Part shown: positions 50,695 through 60,736 of the stretch, piece by piece | Layout: every line of letters begins with the position of its first letter | Position numbering within the stretch: the stretch's first letter is position 1 | Source of the DNA: Gemmatimonadota bacterium | Lineage (GTDB): Bacteria > Gemmatimonadota > Gemmatimonadetes > Gemmatimonadales > GWC2-71-9 | NCBI GenBank assembly: GCA_003220935.1 | Contig: QHTT01000068.1 | Location: 24,500 to 88,499, forward strand | Direction: 5' to 3' | Length of the DNA stretch: 64,000 nucleotides | Translations under genes and position numbers: made by a program | The notes under the pieces: model-generated | The model's input: only the letters and a program-made list of their open reading frames with translations | Database searches by the model: none | Told to the model about the DNA's origin: nothing

Positions 50695-52931
50695 CCGGCA
50701 CCCGCCAGCGCCAGCGGCCGGTACGTCTGCCGTGTGATCTGCCGCCGCCGCCACAGTCGCAAGGCGCCGAACACGATCAGCAGCACGGGCACTCCGATGA
50801 TGTTGCCGTATTTCACCGACTGGCGCAGGGTCACGCTGGTGAAGACCAGGGGCGGGGGAGCACGGTTCTTCGAGCGAATGGCGATCAGCGCCTCGTCCTG
50901 CGCGAGCCAGTCGACCGCGTTCTGGACGAAGACGATGTTGTCAGGCGAGTTCTGCGCGTAGCGGTCACTCGCGAAGTCCGCGCTGCCCACGACCACGACG
51001 CGGCCGCGCGCGCCGCCGCCAGAGTCGCGCGCCAGGGGGTTGACGAGCGCGGCCAGCACCCGCGGGCGCAGGCTGTCGCGCCGGAACTCCCGCGACGGAT
51101 CGAGGAAGGCGGTCGTCTCCTGCACGCCGCCCGCCCGACTCGTGACCAAGAGCGGGATGACCGCGCCCTTCGGCGCCTTGGTCGTGTCGATGCTGCTCGA
51201 CCAGGGGAGCAGCACCCCGTCGATTTCGGCGTTCACGGGCGAGGCTTTGGTGCTCGCCGCTTGCACCCAGAGGGGGTAAGGCAGGAGCACTTGCCCGAAC
51301 TGCGTCTGGATCGCGACGCGCGCGTTCGAGGCGAGGTCGTAGACCATGTCGGAGCGGACGGACACACCGTAGGGCTTGAGCAGCTCATTCCAGCCCACGA
51401 GCCGCGAGAACGAGAACGGCCCCTGCGGCGAGCGCTCCATGCCGCTGGCCATGAGGAGCAGGCTCCCGCCCCGGTCGAGGAACGCCCTGAAGGTGGCGGC
51501 CTGCGCGCCGCGCAACGAGTCGGGGGTCCCCGCGAAGATCAGCACCTTCACGTCGGGCGCGATCGTGCTGTCCGAGAGCGAGACCGAGCGGACGGTATAG
51601 GTGCGCTCGAGCTGCTGCCGCAGCGCGTCGAAGGACCGCCGCGCCTGCGGCGCCGTCTGTTGCTCGTTGATCTCACCGAACCCGATCGCCGCCTTGGCGG
51701 TCGTGGTGAGGGAGCGGATGTCCGACGTCAGGCGGTACTCGAGGTCGTTTGTTTGCTGCACGAACGGGATCGTCTTGACGCCGTCGGCATATCGCACCGC
51801 GACGCCGAGGAAGCCTTCCTTCACCTGCAGCTCGGCCTTCCCGAGCACGTTGAACTGCACGGGCGGGATGCCCAGCGTGCGCGCCTCGCGCAGCGCCGCG
51901 CTGTCGGCGGAGGGGTCCTGCACCACGAGCTTCACCTTGCCGCGGCCGGCGGCGCGGTAGTCGCGCAGCAGATCGTCCAGATCACGTTTCAGGAACGCCA
52001 CCTCGGGCGGCAGCGCGCCCGACGCGAACAGCTTGATGGTCACGATGTCGGGGAGCGCGCCGAGGATCCGCTTGGTGGCGAGCGCGAGCGTGTACGACCG
52101 TCCCGGCGTCAGGTCGAGCCGGCCCGCGATGTGACGCCCCAGCAGGTTCACGACGATCATCGCCCCCGCGAGCAGCGCCGTGCCGAGGCGCAGCCGCTGC
52201 AGCGACGCTCCGCGCGCCGTGAGCTTGCGACGCATCAGCGCGAAGTAGGCGAGCAGCAGGAAGATCGCGGCGAGCGTCAGGAAGTACACCGCGTCGCGCA
52301 GGTCGATCACGCCGCGGTCGATGCCGGTGAAATGCGACAGCACGCCGAGCGATGCGGCGATGGCCCCGAGTCGGGGGGGAAGCCCTACGATCAAGGGATC
52401 GAGCCCGACCAGGATCAGCACGAACATCACCACGACGGCGAGAATGAAGGCGGTGATCTGGTTGGGCGTGACGCTCGAGGCCCAGATACCCACGCCGCCG
52501 AGCCCGGCGATCAGCAGCGCGGCCCCGGCGTACTGTGCCAGCAGGATCCCGAGCGCGAGATGGGCTCCCAGGGCGAGGCCCATCGGGAGGGTCAGGGTGA
52601 GGGCGAGCGCGATGAGGAGGAACAGCACCTGACCAGCGTACTTGCCGAGCAGCAGCTCGAGCTCCGTGATCGGTTGCGCCAGCACGACCTCGAGCGTGCC
52701 GCTGCGACGGTCCTCGGCGAGGGCGCGCATCGTCACGGCGGGCGCGAGGACCAGGAGGAGCCACGGCAGCAGGTCGAGCATCGGCCGCAGCGACGCCACG
52801 CCGTACATGTCGACCTCCCGAAAGAAGAGGAAGCCGTTCACGCCGGTGAACACGACCAGCAGGATGTACGCCGTGGGGTGATCGAATAGCGCGCGGAGCT
52901 CGCGCCGCGCGATCGTCACGATGGCGTTCAT
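50691..52931 (-). CDS. ABC-2 type permease fused to a GldG-like domain (GldF-GldG-type fusion)
   Basis: N-terminal six-TM ABC-2 permease region, then a large extracytoplasmic GldG-like domain. C-terminal TM (YGNIIGVPVLLIVFGALRLW). Confidence 0.75.
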   Translation of the reverse strand: MNAIVTIARRELRALFDHPTAYILLVVFTGVNGFLFFREVDMYGVASLRPMLDLLPWLLLVLAPAVTMRALAEDRRSGTLEVVLAQPITELELLLGKYAGQVLFLLIALALTLTLPMGLALGAHLALGILLAQYAGAALLIAGLGGVGIWASSVTPNQITAFILAVVVMFVLILVGLDPLIVGLPPRLGAIAASLGVLSHFTGIDRGVIDLRDAVYFLTLAAIFLLLAYFALMRRKLTARGASLQRLRLGTALLAGAMIVVNLLGRHIAGRLDLTPGRSYTLALATKRILGALPDIVTIKLFASGALPPEVAFLKRDLDDLLRDYRAAGRGKVKLVVQDPSADSAALREARTLGIPPVQFNVLGKAELQVKEGFLGVAVRYADGVKTIPFVQQTNDLEYRLTSDIRSLTTTAKAAIGFGEINEQQTAPQARRSFDALRQQLERTYTVRSVSLSDSTIAPDVKVLIFAGTPDSLRGAQAATFRAFLDRGGSLLLMASGMERSPQGPFSFSRLVGWNELLKPYGVSVRSDMVYDLASNARVAIQTQFGQVLLPYPLWVQAASTKASPVNAEIDGVLLPWSSSIDTTKAPKGAVIPLLVTSRAGGVQETTAFLDPSREFRRDSLRPRVLAALVNPLARDSGGGARGRVVVVGSADFASDRYAQNSPDNIVFVQNAVDWLAQDEALIAIRSKNRAPPPLVFTSVTLRQSVKYGNIIGVPVLLIVFGALRLWRRRQITRQTYRPLALAGAG

Positions 52932-53872
52932 GCGTCGGCCGCGTCGCCGCGGGTGAGCTGGCGGAACAGCTCCTCGAGACTCGCGCGCTCCTCGTGCAGC
53001 TCATACAGCGTCCAACCGCGGGACTTGGCGAGCCCGAAGATCTCGGGCCGGAGGTCCGTGCCGCCGTCCGCGGTGAGCGTGACCGCGACCCGACCGTCGG
53101 CCGCGCGCCCGGCCTCGACCCGGCGAACGCCCGGAAGCTCGCGGAGTGCCTCGGCGATGCCCGTCCCCGCCGCTTCGACGGCGATGGCCACCGCGCCCTC
53201 CGCCTGCTGGATGAGACGGTCCACCGGGCCGTCCGCGACGATCTTGCCGCGACTGATGACCAGCAACCGCGAGCAGGTGTGCTGCACCTCGGACAGGACG
53301 TGGGTCGAGAGGATCACCGTGCGGTCCCTGCCGAGCGTCGCGATGAGGCGTCGGATCTCGACGCGCTGGTTCGGGTCGAGGCCTTCCGTCGGCTCGTCGA
53401 GCACGAGCAGGTCAGGGCGGTGCAGCATCGCTTGCGCCAGCCCCACGCGCTGACGAAATCCCTTCGAGAGTTCCCCGATCGGTCGGTAGTAGACGCTCTC
53501 GATCCCCGTGCCGGTGATCGCGGCGTCGAGCGCCTGACGGCGCGTGAGCCCCGCGAGTTCACGCAGGTCGGCGATGAACGCGAGATAGTCCGCCACCAGC
53601 ATGTCGTCGTACTGGGGGTTATTCTCGGCCAGGTAGCCGATGCGGCGCTTGGCCTCGCGCGCCGCGTCGGCGAGTGGCACGCCGTCGAGCCTGATCTCGC
53701 CTGAGTCCGGCTCATAGAACTGCGTGATCATCCGCATGGTGGTGGACTTGCCGGCGCCGTTGGGGCCGAGGAAGCCGACCACCTGTCCTGGATCGACCGC
53801 GAACGACACGCTGTCGACTGCGGTGACGCCGTCGAAGCGCTTGCAGACACGCTCTAATGAAAGCAAAGCCAT
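52928..53872 (-). CDS. ABC transporter ATP-binding protein (GldA-like)
   Basis: Walker A GPNGAGKST, signature LSKGFRQR, Walker B LLVLDEPTEGLD, H-loop STHVL. Confidence 0.9.
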   Translation of the reverse strand: MALLSLERVCKRFDGVTAVDSVSFAVDPGQVVGFLGPNGAGKSTTMRMITQFYEPDSGEIRLDGVPLADAAREAKRRIGYLAENNPQYDDMLVADYLAFIADLRELAGLTRRQALDAAITGTGIESVYYRPIGELSKGFRQRVGLAQAMLHRPDLLVLDEPTEGLDPNQRVEIRRLIATLGRDRTVILSTHVLSEVQHTCSRLLVISRGKIVADGPVDRLIQQAEGAVAIAVEAAGTGIAEALRELPGVRRVEAGRAADGRVAVTLTADGGTDLRPEIFGLAKSRGWTLYELHEERASLEELFRQLTRGDAADA

Positions 53873-53964
53873 GGGGCGAGTGTGTGCAGGACTCGGGGGA
53901 AGATGCTAATCAACGGCCGGGTTGTTCAAGACCCCCGCCTCCCCCGGCCGGGCGTTGCAGATCC

Positions 53965-55113
53965 TTACAGGGATTTCAAAAACGCGATCAGGGCGTTGCG
54001 GTCGGCCGGGGGCAGGGCCTTGTACCGGTCGCGCGCGCCGGACGCCTCGCCCCCGTGCGCCTCGATCGCCTGGCCGAGCGTCGTGTCCCGCCCGTCGTGC
54101 AGGAACGCCTTGGCGTCCCGCAGGTCGAGCAGCGGCTCGGTCCGGAACTCTGACGAGGTCGCCAGGCCCAGGCAGACGTCGGCCAGGCCGGGGCCCATGT
54201 CGTGGAGCAGCAGGTCGGTGTAGGCGGCGAACTCTTTGTTTCGGAGGGCGGGGACCGGGCTGTCACCTGTCCGCAAGGTCGGGACGTGGCAGGCGGCGCA
54301 CCCGATCTGGGAGAACAGCTGCCGGCCGCGCTGCCCCTCCCGGCCCAGCTTGAGAGGAGTAGGAGAGGCGAGGAAGCGCACGAACGCATCCGTGAGATCG
54401 AGCTGTGCCTGGCCGATCTCGGGCTCTGGCACGGGATCCACGCCCGCGGGGATCGGCTTCCCGCCAATCGTCTCCTCCGTCCGCACCGCCGGGTTCGTCA
54501 CGCCCATCTCGGCGCTGAATGCGCCGGCGTTGAACTCGTCGAGCGCGGGCACGAAGCCCTTGCGGCCGAAGCGGCCCAGCCGACCGTCCGTGAAGCGGTT
54601 GGGGCGACCGGAGATGCCGTCGTGGTTCTTGTCATCCGGGTCGGCGTAGGCAAGGATGACCGACTCTGGCACGGCGTCGAGCAGCCCGCGGCCGAAGACG
54701 ACCGGCGTGGTGCGCATGGCACGTGCGGTGGCGGACGGTGGGAACGGCTCGGCATCGATCCCGAGCGCTTGCTTGAGCGCGGGGGTCGTGTGCTGCTGGA
54801 TGACGAACCCCCCCTCCGCGACGAGCGGGTCGCACACACCGCCTTTGAACGCGGTGGCGTGCACCTCGACTTCGTCGCCACGGCCGCCCTTCGCCGGATC
54901 TTCGTGGCACTCGCCGCAGCTGGTCGAGTTGAAGAGTGGGCCGAGCCCCTTCCCCGGACTGAAGATGCTGTCGAAGACCACCTTGCCTTGCGCGAAGCGA
55001 GCTTGCTCGGCGCGGTTGAGGCCGCGCAGCGGGTCGCCGGGTTTGAGCGGTCGCTGACAGCCGCCCGCGAGCAACACGAGGGCGGCGGCCGCGCCGGTGC
55101 GCGCCGGCGTCAC
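53965..55113 (-). CDS. di-haem oxidoreductase family protein (DUF1111-like)
   Basis: Two CxxCH haem motifs (CGECH, CAACH). GTG 55113 overlaps the upstream stop (GTGA) and gives the lipobox-like LVLLAGGC. The track start 55173 is an alternative. Confidence 0.75.
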   Translation of the reverse strand: MTPARTGAAAALVLLAGGCQRPLKPGDPLRGLNRAEQARFAQGKVVFDSIFSPGKGLGPLFNSTSCGECHEDPAKGGRGDEVEVHATAFKGGVCDPLVAEGGFVIQQHTTPALKQALGIDAEPFPPSATARAMRTTPVVFGRGLLDAVPESVILAYADPDDKNHDGISGRPNRFTDGRLGRFGRKGFVPALDEFNAGAFSAEMGVTNPAVRTEETIGGKPIPAGVDPVPEPEIGQAQLDLTDAFVRFLASPTPLKLGREGQRGRQLFSQIGCAACHVPTLRTGDSPVPALRNKEFAAYTDLLLHDMGPGLADVCLGLATSSEFRTEPLLDLRDAKAFLHDGRDTTLGQAIEAHGGEASGARDRYKALPPADRNALIAFLKSL

Positions 55114-55433
55114 GGCGCGCGCCTCTTCAGCTCGATCTTGTCGGCGACGAGGCCGGTGGCGGTGAGGCGGCAATCGGCGCGCACCACGTCGCCGGGCTGC
55201 AGATCGCCCAGCGCGATGGCGGCGCCTTCGCCGAACACGGCGGTCGCGGGCTGCGTGCGCATGTGCACCAGGCGCACGGCCTCCCCGACGCCGATGATGA
55301 GATCCAGGGCGCCGCTCTTCACGGCGTGCACCGTGCCCTGGTAGGTGTACGGCAGCTCCCGCTGCGCGGGCAGCGCCGCGGCAGGTGTGAGCAAGACGGC
55401 AGCCAGCGCGAACGAACGCGTCAGACGTCTCAC
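55110..55433 (-). CDS. small secreted hypothetical protein
   Basis: GTG 55433 lies 6 nt after AGGAGG. Signal peptide RRLTRSFALAAVLLTPAAALPAQ. Beta-rich mature part. Confidence 0.6.
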   Translation of the reverse strand: MRRLTRSFALAAVLLTPAAALPAQRELPYTYQGTVHAVKSGALDLIIGVGEAVRLVHMRTQPATAVFGEGAAIALGDLQPGDVVRADCRLTATGLVADKIELKRRAP

Positions 55434-55506
55434 GTGAAGCCTCCTGGGCTTGATACCCCGCGGCATAGTAGGCGGGCCGGGCCGGCGAGTCAATGGCGCG
55501 CCGGCG

Positions 55507-57780
55507 CTACGGCGCCAGCTTCTCGAGCTGCTCCGCCGCCCGGTTGATCAGGTCCGTCTCAGCGCCGAGCGCCCGGGCAACGCGCGGGATCTGCGCGTCC
55601 GCCTCCTTCCAGTTCTTCTGCTCGATCGCCTCGCGCACCCCGGGCAGCGTCTTGACGCCGTAGCCCGTGTAGAAGCCGGGCGCGTACACCTGATGGCGGT
55701 ACCACGGCCGCCGCGGCAGCCCGTCGGCGATCGTGAGCGCGCGCTCGCTCTGCAGCAGCGTCGCGTTCAACGCTTTCGCCTCGGGCTTGGCGAGCGCCGC
55801 GCCGCCGTTCGATTCGGCTTTGGCGAGCGCCTTGTCGTAGCGGTCCGCGGCGCGGGTGAGGGCGTCGACGGCGTTGTCGAGCTCGGCGAAATTCAGGTAC
55901 GGCGGGATCGCTTCCTTCGCCGGCGGCACCAGCGGCTCACGCGGATCGTTGGTGGCGCTGAAGACGCCTTCGTCGATCTGCCGGTTCTGTTCGCGGACCG
56001 AGTCTTGCGTGTCCTTCAGCAGCTTCTCGACCTCGCGCGCGTAGCGCCCGACGGTCTCGGCGAGTCCGGTGAAGTCGTACGGCAGCAGATCGGCGCCGGC
56101 CAGGCGCATCACGGCCGTTCCCATCGTCTGGGCGAGGGCGCGGCCGTACACGAACGACGTGTCGTCGAACGTCGTGTACCATTTGAAGTCGTCGTAGATC
56201 GAGTGGTAGATGCCACCCCCGTCCTCGCCGCCGTAGCCCAGGTTGAGCGACGCGATCCCGACGTGCTGCAGGAACGGCGTATAGTCCGAGCCCGAGCCAA
56301 GCGCCCCGATCCGGAGATCGGCTCGGCGGCGCGCTTCATCCCTCGCTTCGGAGGTGCGTGCCGTCGCAACGGCGCGGAGCTGGTTCCGCTTCCAGACGGT
56401 GAGCTTCGTTTCGGGGTCCTCAATGTCCCGCGCCACGTCGTTGATGAACTTCTCGAGGGTGTGAGAGCCCGCCAGGGAGAGGTAGCCCCGGCCGTTGGTA
56501 TCGCTGTTCAGGTAGGCGACCGCCTTGTGCGCGAGCTCGTCGGCGTGGGCCTCGACCCACTCGGTCGAGCCGAGCAGCGCGGGCTCCTCGCCGTCCCAAG
56601 CGGCGTAGACGATCGTGCGGCGCGGCTTCCAACCCTGCTTCAGGAGCTCCCCATAGGCGCGCGCCTCCTCGAGCAGCGGCGCCTGGCCCGAGATCGGGTC
56701 CTCGGCGCCGTTCACCCAGGCGTCGTGGTGGTTGCCCCGGATGATCCACTCGTCCGGGGCGCTCGCGCCCGGAATGCGGGCGATCACGTCGTACAACGGC
56801 TTGAGGCTCCAGTCGGACTTGACCCGCAGATGCACCTTCGCCGGCCCGGGGCCAACGTGGTACGTGATCCCGAGTCCGCCGCGCCACTCGTCGGGCGCCG
56901 TCGGGCCGGCGAGCGCCGCGAGCAGCGGCTGGGCGTCGCCGTACGAGATCGGCAGCACGGGAATCTTGGTAATCGTCTGCGCCTCGGCGGTGGCCAGGCG
57001 CTTTGCGTCCTTGGTCGCGCCCACGCCCGGCGTGAGCGGGTCGCCCGGATACACCGGCATGTCCATCACGCTGCCGCGCTGCACGCCGTCCCGGGGCCGC
57101 CACGGCCCGTGGGGATAGACATCGCCCTGGGTGTAGCCGTCATCCCTGGGGTCCGAGTAGATGAGGCAGCCGATCGCACCGTGCTCGGCCGCGACCTTGG
57201 GCTTGATGCCGCGCCACGACCCGAAGTAGCGCGCGATCACGATCGCGCCCTTCACGGAGATCCCCAGCCGCTCGAGCCGCTCGTAGTCGGCCGGCACGCC
57301 GTAGTTCACGTAAACGAGGGAGGCGGTGACGTCGCCGTCCACCGAGTACGCGTTGTAGGTCGGGAGCTGCTCGGCCTGCTGGCCCGACGTCGGGTCGCCC
57401 GGCAGCGGCGGCTCCTGCAGCTTCGCCACGAACTTGGTCGGCGCGACCAGCTCCACCACGCGCTCTTTGGGCGTGGGAAACAGCACGTCGAACGTCTCGA
57501 TCTGCGCGTCGAGCCCGAAGCTCTTGAACTTCGCGAGGATCCATTCGGCGTTGGCCTTGTCGTACGGCGAGCCGACGTGGTGCGGTCGCGCCGCGAGGTG
57601 ACGCATGTACTCGCGCAGCGAGTCGGGGCTCGGGATCGCGCGGAACTTGGTTTCCCACTCCCGCTCGACCTTCGCCGCATCGGCCGAGTAGCCGCGCAGG
57701 TCGCCGGCGGGGGAGGGGGCCGCGGCGAGGACGAGCACGCCGAGGGCGGATGCGGCGATCGGGCTCGCAGTCAGGCGCAT
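55507..57780 (-). CDS. M28 family metallopeptidase, glutamate carboxypeptidase II / transferrin-receptor-like (PA and dimerisation domains)
   Basis: Signal peptide. LREYMRHLAARPHHVGSPYDK.., Zn-ligand region NHHDAWVNGAEDPISG, WDGEEPALLGSTEW, and a helical C-terminal dimerisation domain. Confidence 0.85.
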   Translation of the reverse strand: MRLTASPIAASALGVLVLAAAPSPAGDLRGYSADAAKVEREWETKFRAIPSPDSLREYMRHLAARPHHVGSPYDKANAEWILAKFKSFGLDAQIETFDVLFPTPKERVVELVAPTKFVAKLQEPPLPGDPTSGQQAEQLPTYNAYSVDGDVTASLVYVNYGVPADYERLERLGISVKGAIVIARYFGSWRGIKPKVAAEHGAIGCLIYSDPRDDGYTQGDVYPHGPWRPRDGVQRGSVMDMPVYPGDPLTPGVGATKDAKRLATAEAQTITKIPVLPISYGDAQPLLAALAGPTAPDEWRGGLGITYHVGPGPAKVHLRVKSDWSLKPLYDVIARIPGASAPDEWIIRGNHHDAWVNGAEDPISGQAPLLEEARAYGELLKQGWKPRRTIVYAAWDGEEPALLGSTEWVEAHADELAHKAVAYLNSDTNGRGYLSLAGSHTLEKFINDVARDIEDPETKLTVWKRNQLRAVATARTSEARDEARRRADLRIGALGSGSDYTPFLQHVGIASLNLGYGGEDGGGIYHSIYDDFKWYTTFDDTSFVYGRALAQTMGTAVMRLAGADLLPYDFTGLAETVGRYAREVEKLLKDTQDSVREQNRQIDEGVFSATNDPREPLVPPAKEAIPPYLNFAELDNAVDALTRAADRYDKALAKAESNGGAALAKPEAKALNATLLQSERALTIADGLPRRPWYRHQVYAPGFYTGYGVKTLPGVREAIEQKNWKEADAQIPRVARALGAETDLINRAAEQLEKLAP

Positions 57781-57817
57781 GCGATGGACCTCTCGGTGAG
57801 GAGGTTCGGGACGAGGA

Positions 57818-58555
57818 CTAAAGATGCGCGGCGCGGCGCCAGCGCTCCGAGATCACCGCGTGTCCCGCGGGGGTGGGATGGACGCCGTCGGCGGCCCAGT
57901 ACTGCGGCGCTGCGCGTCGCGCCAGGTCATCGAACACTCGTTGCAACGGAATGAACGCCGCACGCGCGTGCTGCGCAACGCGCTCGGCGGCCGCGCGCCG
58001 TTCGTCGAACTCCGGAAACCAGCGGTCGTCGACCGCACCACAGCGCAGCACGAACGGCTCGAGGACGATCAATCGCACATTGGGCAGCGCCCGCCGCGTT
58101 TCCTCGAGCAGCGCGGCGTACTGATTCTCGTAGTCCTGGACCGTGCCGGTGTAACCATGTCCCAGCTTGTGCCAGAAGTCGTTGACGCCCACCAGAATGC
58201 TGAGCACGTCCGGCTTGAGCGCCAGCGTGTCGACGGCCCAGCGCTGCTCCAGGTCAGGAACTTTGTTGCCGCTCACGCCGCGATTGTAGAACTGCAGCGC
58301 GCGATCGGGATGCGCCGCGAGCGCCGCCGAGGCGACCAGCAACGGGTATCCCGCCCCGAGCGCGCGCGCTACGTTCGCTTCGGTCGCGCTGCGATCGCGT
58401 CCCCCATCGGTGATCGAGTCGCCTTGGAATAGGACGACCGTGCCGTCGGCCGGGAGACGGGACGGCAAGTGGACAGGTGCCGCGGGCACGAGCGCCGCCC
58501 CGGCGAGCGCGCCGGCCGTCGCCACGAAATCACGGCGGCTCAGCTCGTGTGGCAC
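57818..58555 (-). CDS. SGNH/GDSL hydrolase with twin-arginine signal
   Basis: Tat motif SRRDFVATAGALAGA. GDS block (VLFQGDSITDGGRD). C-terminal D-x-x-H (ADGVHPT). Confidence 0.8.
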   Translation of the reverse strand: MPHELSRRDFVATAGALAGAALVPAAPVHLPSRLPADGTVVLFQGDSITDGGRDRSATEANVARALGAGYPLLVASAALAAHPDRALQFYNRGVSGNKVPDLEQRWAVDTLALKPDVLSILVGVNDFWHKLGHGYTGTVQDYENQYAALLEETRRALPNVRLIVLEPFVLRCGAVDDRWFPEFDERRAAAERVAQHARAAFIPLQRVFDDLARRAAPQYWAADGVHPTPAGHAVISERWRRAAHL

Positions 58556-58615
58556 TGTTTCCCTCCTGAAGACTGGGCGTCAGGGAACGTGAGGCGCCCG
58601 CGCCCGGGCGGCTCC

Positions 58616-59227
58616 CTAGAACACGATGCCCGCCGTGAGCGGCATGAACGCAATGCCGCGGGTGTTGTTCAATGCCTGGCCGTAGCGCCACTCCAGCAGA
58701 AGGCTGTGCTGCCCCATCCGGATGCGCAAGCCAACGCCGGTTTGGAGACCGAGCCCCATGCCGCCGCGCGTGACAACCACCTCGCTGCTCTGCTGATCCG
58801 GGTTGGTGCCGAGCAGGGACCCGAACACGCCGGCACCGAGCAGGAAGTACGGAGACACGCCAGCCTGCGGGATCAACGAAGCGACGAAGTTGCCTGTCAA
58901 GCCCAACGTCCGGTCCGATAGCGCGGCGGCGCCGGAGCCGCTTCCAACGATCGCCACCGAGTTGGGGCGGGAATGCAGGCTGTTGTAAAACAGCTCCGCC
59001 CGAAACGCGAAGGCAGCCGACCCGAGCGGCACCTCCGCCATGCCTCGAACGTGAAAGCCCGCTTGATCGGCGCCGGTGACGTTGAACCCGCCCGCGTCGA
59101 CCAGAGCGCGCGAATCGCCGCCCCCCACCAAGCTGGTGCCGGCCGCAAGGCCAAAACGCACGCGCTGGGCTTGGAGCAGAACCGGGACGCAAACGGCGAC
59201 GGTGAGTAGTGCTGCACGGCGTAGCAT
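58616..59227 (-). CDS. outer-membrane beta-barrel (OmpA-beta-barrel/OmpW-like porin family) protein
   Basis: Signal peptide ..VLLQAQ, alternating beta-strand pattern, C-terminal ..LTAGIVF. GAGGAGGG precedes the ATG. Confidence 0.7.
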   Translation of the reverse strand: MLRRAALLTVAVCVPVLLQAQRVRFGLAAGTSLVGGGDSRALVDAGGFNVTGADQAGFHVRGMAEVPLGSAAFAFRAELFYNSLHSRPNSVAIVGSGSGAAALSDRTLGLTGNFVASLIPQAGVSPYFLLGAGVFGSLLGTNPDQQSSEVVVTRGGMGLGLQTGVGLRIRMGQHSLLLEWRYGQALNNTRGIAFMPLTAGIVF

Positions 59228-59285
59228 AGGCCCTCCTCAGCGCAAGACCTAGTTGATCCAGGTTGCCTTTCCGCTTTTCAGACCG

Positions 59286-59768
59286 CTAGTTCGGGAGCCG
59301 CCGAGGCACCCACCGCGACACCGTACGACAGTACGACTCATATGCAGCACCGAACCGCCGTCGCAGCAGTGGCTCCTCAACCAGGACGACGAACAGGTGG
59401 AAGAGCAATCCGACGGCAACGCCGTACGCTAGCACCACGCCGGAGCGGAACAACAGGGCCCACGCCGCGACGACGAGCAATACGCCCAGGTACATGGGAT
59501 TCCGGACGCGGCGATAGAGACCGCGCACAACCAGCTGCTTGGGCGGGTCGATGGGCGCCGGGGTGCCGCGGCCCGCCACCGCGAAGTCCCAAAGGCACCA
59601 GAAGTAGATGCTCAGTCCCAGCACGGCAACGGGCGCGGCGAGCAGCAGCCTCCCTGCGTCCCAAGAGAACATACCGGTGGTGCGGGTGACGATGCGGTAG
59701 GGCACGAAGCCGGCGACAGTGCCCGGCACGAACACCGTGAACAGGAGGTTCTTGAGCAGGAGCAGCAC
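59286..59768 (-). CDS. isoprenylcysteine carboxyl / phospholipid methyltransferase family membrane protein
   Basis: 4-5 TM helices and the ..GLYRRVRNPMYLGVLL.. motif typical of the ICMT/PEMT family. Confidence 0.7.
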   Translation of the reverse strand: MLLLLKNLLFTVFVPGTVAGFVPYRIVTRTTGMFSWDAGRLLLAAPVAVLGLSIYFWCLWDFAVAGRGTPAPIDPPKQLVVRGLYRRVRNPMYLGVLLVVAAWALLFRSGVVLAYGVAVGLLFHLFVVLVEEPLLRRRFGAAYESYCRTVSRWVPRRLPN

Positions 59769-59789
59769 GGGAGAGGTCAGCGCGCGGCG

Positions 59790-60176
59790 CTATGGGCCCC
59801 GACAAACCGGGACACCCTCTTTCGCCGCGCCGAGCGGCGGCGGCGCGTTGCCGACAAACGTCGCACAGACGAGGCCGGGAACCTTGTCGTTGATCGCGAT
59901 CTCGCTGTGGCTCGAGTCCGAGGACGTCAGGAGGACGAGGGTCACCCCGGAACTGGTGTGATACCCGTGCTGCATCTGACGGAGCGAGCGGGCGTAGGTT
60001 CCGTGATCGGCGAAGTGGGCTTCCTGTGCGGTAACAAAGTTGCGGAGATCGCTCCGGAGCGTCGCCGCGGCGCTCTGTACGGTCATGGAGTCGGGCGGGG
60101 TTCCTTGTGCGGGAAGGAGTCCCGGCACGGCGACGAGCAAGCCAATCACCACGGGGAGCGGCGGGATTCTCTGCAT
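59790..60176 (-). CDS. secreted hypothetical protein with pilin-like helix motif
   Basis: ATG 60176 lies 6 nt after GAGG. Sec signal ..LLPAQG. LRSDLRNFVTAQEAHFADHGTYA resembles the globular-domain start of type IV pilin-like proteins but has no prepilin cleavage motif. Alternative starts are at 60194 and 60197. Confidence 0.55.
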   Translation of the reverse strand: MQRIPPLPVVIGLLVAVPGLLPAQGTPPDSMTVQSAAATLRSDLRNFVTAQEAHFADHGTYARSLRQMQHGYHTSSGVTLVLLTSSDSSHSEIAINDKVPGLVCATFVGNAPPPLGAAKEGVPVCRGP

Positions 60177-60193
60177 GGCAACCTCAGGGCGCA

Positions 60194-60736
60194 TCAAGGT
60201 TCTGCCAGGGCACGGAGTTTGAGGACGGTGTTCCAGTTGCGGCCGGTACCACGTGTGCCAAGCTTCCGCTCGATGAGCGCGTTCGTCAAGCGCGAGCGGC
60301 CGATCCCGTTCGGGTAGACGATGTACGCGTGCCTGCCCGTAGCGCGAACCACCTCAGGGCCGGTGATGGCGGCTTGCAGCGCCTCCACGTCGTTGCGAGC
60401 CGGCGCGTCCTTCAGAAACATGACCAGGAGATGGCCGGGATCGCGCTCGGCTTCCTTGGGGAAGGGATTGTGTGCGACGATCGCCTTCCACTCCTCCGCG
60501 GTGCGGACGAAACAGTCCGCTTGCAGACCGAGGCGCTTCCGGGCCTCCGTCTCCAGCATGCGCTCGAGCTGCGAGCCCGCTCGCGCCTTACTCCGGAAGA
60601 CGAGATTCCCGCTCTGGAGCAGTGAGCGTGCGTCAGCGAAGCCCAGGTGGGTGAGCAGCTGGCGCAGGTCCGCCATGGCGACCGGTTTGTGGCCGCCGAC
60701 ATTGATGCCCCTGAGCAGAGCGAAATAGGTCAGCAT
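60194..60736 (-). CDS. DUF1697 domain-containing protein
   Basis: ATG 60736 gives MLTYFALLRGINVGGHKPVAMADLRQLL.., ..GTGRNWNTVLKL, typical DUF1697 termini. Overlaps the ABC gene's 3' end by 7 nt. Confidence 0.8.
   Translation of the reverse strand: MLTYFALLRGINVGGHKPVAMADLRQLLTHLGFADARSLLQSGNLVFRSKARAGSQLERMLETEARKRLGLQADCFVRTAEEWKAIVAHNPFPKEAERDPGHLLVMFLKDAPARNDVEALQAAITGPEVVRATGRHAYIVYPNGIGRSRLTNALIERKLGTRGTGRNWNTVLKLRALAEP

Noticed and set aside
53911-53958. Imperfect hairpin after the DUF1111 gene as a terminator
   Set aside because: The stem is interrupted by a 4-nt bulge, the loop is long and there is no U-tract. The support is too weak to annotate.
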